Positions 61,419 to 64,000 of a stretch of 64,000 bases of DNA are shown in pieces. The stretch is from Ranitomeya imitator. Taxonomy: Eukaryota. The notes under the pieces were generated by a model, which had not been told where the DNA came from, ran no database searches, and saw nothing but the letters and a program-made list of their open reading frames with translations. The stretch is from contig NC_091283.1 of assembly GCF_032444005.1 (NCBI RefSeq), forward strand, positions 304,916,001 to 304,980,000, read 5' to 3'. The position numbers and the translations under genes are program-made. Numbering within the stretch: position 1 is the first letter of the stretch; every line of letters begins with the position of its first letter.

Positions 61419-64000
61419 GGGGGGGGGGGGGGGCTTCGATTTTTTTTTTTTTTTGGTCCACCAGTGGGAAAAGTTACAAACATCACAATGGGTAATCTCC
61501 CTTTTAACAGAAGGCCTACGTTTAAACTTCACCTCCCTCCCTCCTCATCGAGTAACAGTCACCCATGTCGCAAAAAGAAACCAGGCAACATTGGAAAGGG
61601 AAGTTCATCTCCCCAGGGAAAAAACAAGTCCTGGTAAAAGTACCCACGCAAGAGATTGGGAAAGGGTTGTACAGTACCCTATTCCTCACGCCAAAATCGG
61701 ATGGTTCACTAAGAACAATCTTCAATCTAAAATCTCGAAATCAATACATCAAAGTATTCACATTCAAAGTGGAGACGTTAAAAACTACAACAAAACTGCT
61801 ATATCCAGGCTGTTACATGGCAGTATAGACCTCACAGATTCCTACGATCATGTTCCCATTTGTGTAGAACATCAACAATTCTTAAGACTGGTAGTAGAAA
61901 TAAATCAAATCCCTACTCATCTACAGTACCAATGTCTCCCTTTCGGGGTGTCAATGGCCCCCAGAATCTTTCAAAGATAATTTCAGAGATAGCGTTGTTG
62001 GTAAGGAAGGAAAACCTCTTCTTAGTACCCTATCCAGACGATTTTCTCCTTATAGCAGACAGCCAGGAAGAATGCATAATGGCAGTCTCAAAAGTATGGG
62101 GCCTACTGTCCATACTAGGATGGTAAATAAATTTGAAAAAATCAAAAATGATTCCAGTCCTGATACAGGAATTCCTGGAAATTCAATTGGACTCAATCAA
62201 GCAAGTTTGTATCCTTCCGGACAGGAAGATCAAAGCCATAAAACAAAAGGTAAATCAAGCACAATCAGGGCAGTCTATCTCGATAAGAGAAGCCATATCC
62301 CTTCTGGGGATGTTGACAGCCACAAAACCCAGCGGTTCAGTGGGCACAATTGCATTCAAGGGAGTTACAATGGCAAATACTGACCGAAAAAGCAAAAAAT
62401 CCCTACAATTTAAATCGGAAAATCGTTCTATTGCCACAAGTTCAGGACTCTTTAAATTGGTGGCTAAAAATAGAAAATTTAAAAAAGGGGGTGCCATGGT
62501 CAGTCCAGAATCCAGTGGTGCTAACCATGGATGCGAGCCCTCTCGGCTGGGGGGCACATTTGAAAGATCAAATTCTGCAAGGCAGATGGGATCCTCATAT
62601 GGAGTCCGCATCCTCCAACCTAAAGGAACTAACAGCAGTAAGGCTAGCAGTTCTGCAAACTGAAGAGATTATCAAAGGGAAACACCTAGTGGTCTTGTCC
62701 GACAACAGCACAGCAGTCTCTTACATAAATCTACAAGGGGGAACAAGGTCTAGATCTCTGTTAGAAGAAACCAAAAGACTATTGTCTTCGGTAGAAAATC
62801 ACCTCTTATCATTGACAAGTACACATCTGAAAGGGACAAACAACCTTGTCGCGGACTTCTTGAGCAGGCATGTACTACATCAGAACGAATGGTCTCTAAA
62901 TCAGGAAATATTTGGGGAAATCTGTGCCATTTGGGGTATTCCACAGGTAGATCTCTTTGCCACAAAACAAAACCGGAAGGTAGAAAGATTCTATTCCCTG
63001 AACCCATGAGAGAACCCAGAAGGAGTGGATGCGCTGTTGCACCAATGGAAGTTCCAACTTGCCTACGCATTTCCCCCTATTCCGCTAATACCAACAGTGT
63101 TGAAAAAAATCCGAGAGGACGGGACACGAATAATACTGATCGCACCCTTCTGGCAGAAGAGGGCATGGTTCCCCTGGCTCAGACGTATGTCCATATCGGA
63201 CCCATGAATCCTTCCAGATGTTACAAATCTACTACACCAGGGTCCAGTATCCCATCCTCAAGTACACAGCCTACATCTCACTGCCTGGAACTTGAGAGGG
63301 GGCTTCTGTTAGCAAAGGGTTTCTCAGCTCTGTTAATTTCTACTCTGCTATCTAGCAGAAAAAAAACTACATCCGATAAATATCAAAAAATCTGGGAAAA
63401 ATTTCTAGAATTTTCAGGACGACGACTATCAAGCACCACTCAGAAAGTCCCAATAAGGGAAGTCTTAGAGTTCCTCCAAAAAGAGTTGGAACAGGGTTTA
63501 TCTACCAGCACCCTAAAGGTGCAAGTTTCGCTCGCTTGGCGCCTTATTTGATCAAAAATTGGCTGATCACCCCTGGGTGTACAGGTTCATCCGAGCCTCC
63601 TTCACAGCAAGGCCATTTAAACCTCGGCCAAAGGTAGCTCCCTGGGATCTAAATTTAGTGCTCCAGGCCTTAACTTCTCCTCCTTTTGAGCCTCTTAACT
63701 CAATCTCAGAAAAAACTCTAACCTTAAAAACGGTTCTCCAGGTTGCCCTGACGTCCGCTCGACGCATTAGTGAGATCCAAGCTATCGCTATTGATCCTCC
63801 ATACACTACAATTTTGGAGGACAGGGTAATAATTAAAACTGACCCGGCCTTTCTTACTAAAAGGTCAATTCAAAATTCCATAGCGACCAGGAGATGGTTT
63901 TACCCTCATTTTGTGCCAATCCAAAATCCCAGGGAGAACAAACCTTTCATTGCCTTGATGTGAGACGTTGCCTAATTCAATACCTAGAAGTGACAAAACC

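Larger units (their letters stand above)
50167..64000 (+). mobile_element. DIRS1-like tyrosine-recombinase retrotransposon 1 (host; 3' end beyond the window)
   Basis: 5' end ttttcccttccccatgacagca; gag pieces 50620-51228, 57719-58111, 60215-60615; RT (61450-62400, YPDD), RNase H and DAM-like region (PQVDLFAT, LAYAFPP), recombinase (VALTSARRISEI) to window end. Confidence 0.85.

Overview
Vertebrate (anuran-like; species not determinable here) genomic DNA, almost entirely a deep nest of transposable elements around the 5' coding exons of an amphibian-type KRAB zinc-finger gene (48.8-49.6 kb, + strand; no zinc-finger exon in the window). From left to right: (1) a TTAA-flanked piggyBac-like non-autonomous element (837-11443) carrying telomere-like repeats and hosting a full-length L1 with one ORF2 frameshift, a SINE fragment and a solo LTR; (2) a 5.25-kb foldback hAT element with an 8-bp TSD; (3) ERV env and integrase remnants; (4) an old Penelope-like ORF split into four collinear pieces by a Gypsy chromovirus, a piggyBac-like MITE and a Tc1>Tc1>CR1>Gypsy stack; (5) a Helitron-like element holding a 2-kb 20/21-bp satellite plus further nested DNA transposons; (6) a DIRS element nested in another DIRS, with CR1, MITE and solo-LTR insertions. 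Best leads: both Gypsy elements show a self-priming PBS/R-start complementarity placed just downstream of a TATA box; both DIRS gag ORFs appear to carry a short spliceosomal intron at the same relative position; a degenerate hammerhead-ribozyme motif sits in a Penelope-type insert; one LTR lineage shows 6-bp TSDs. All coordinates and comparisons were made by eye; family names come from recalled motifs, not database searches. No system is shown to be new; several signals match known but rarely annotated mechanisms.
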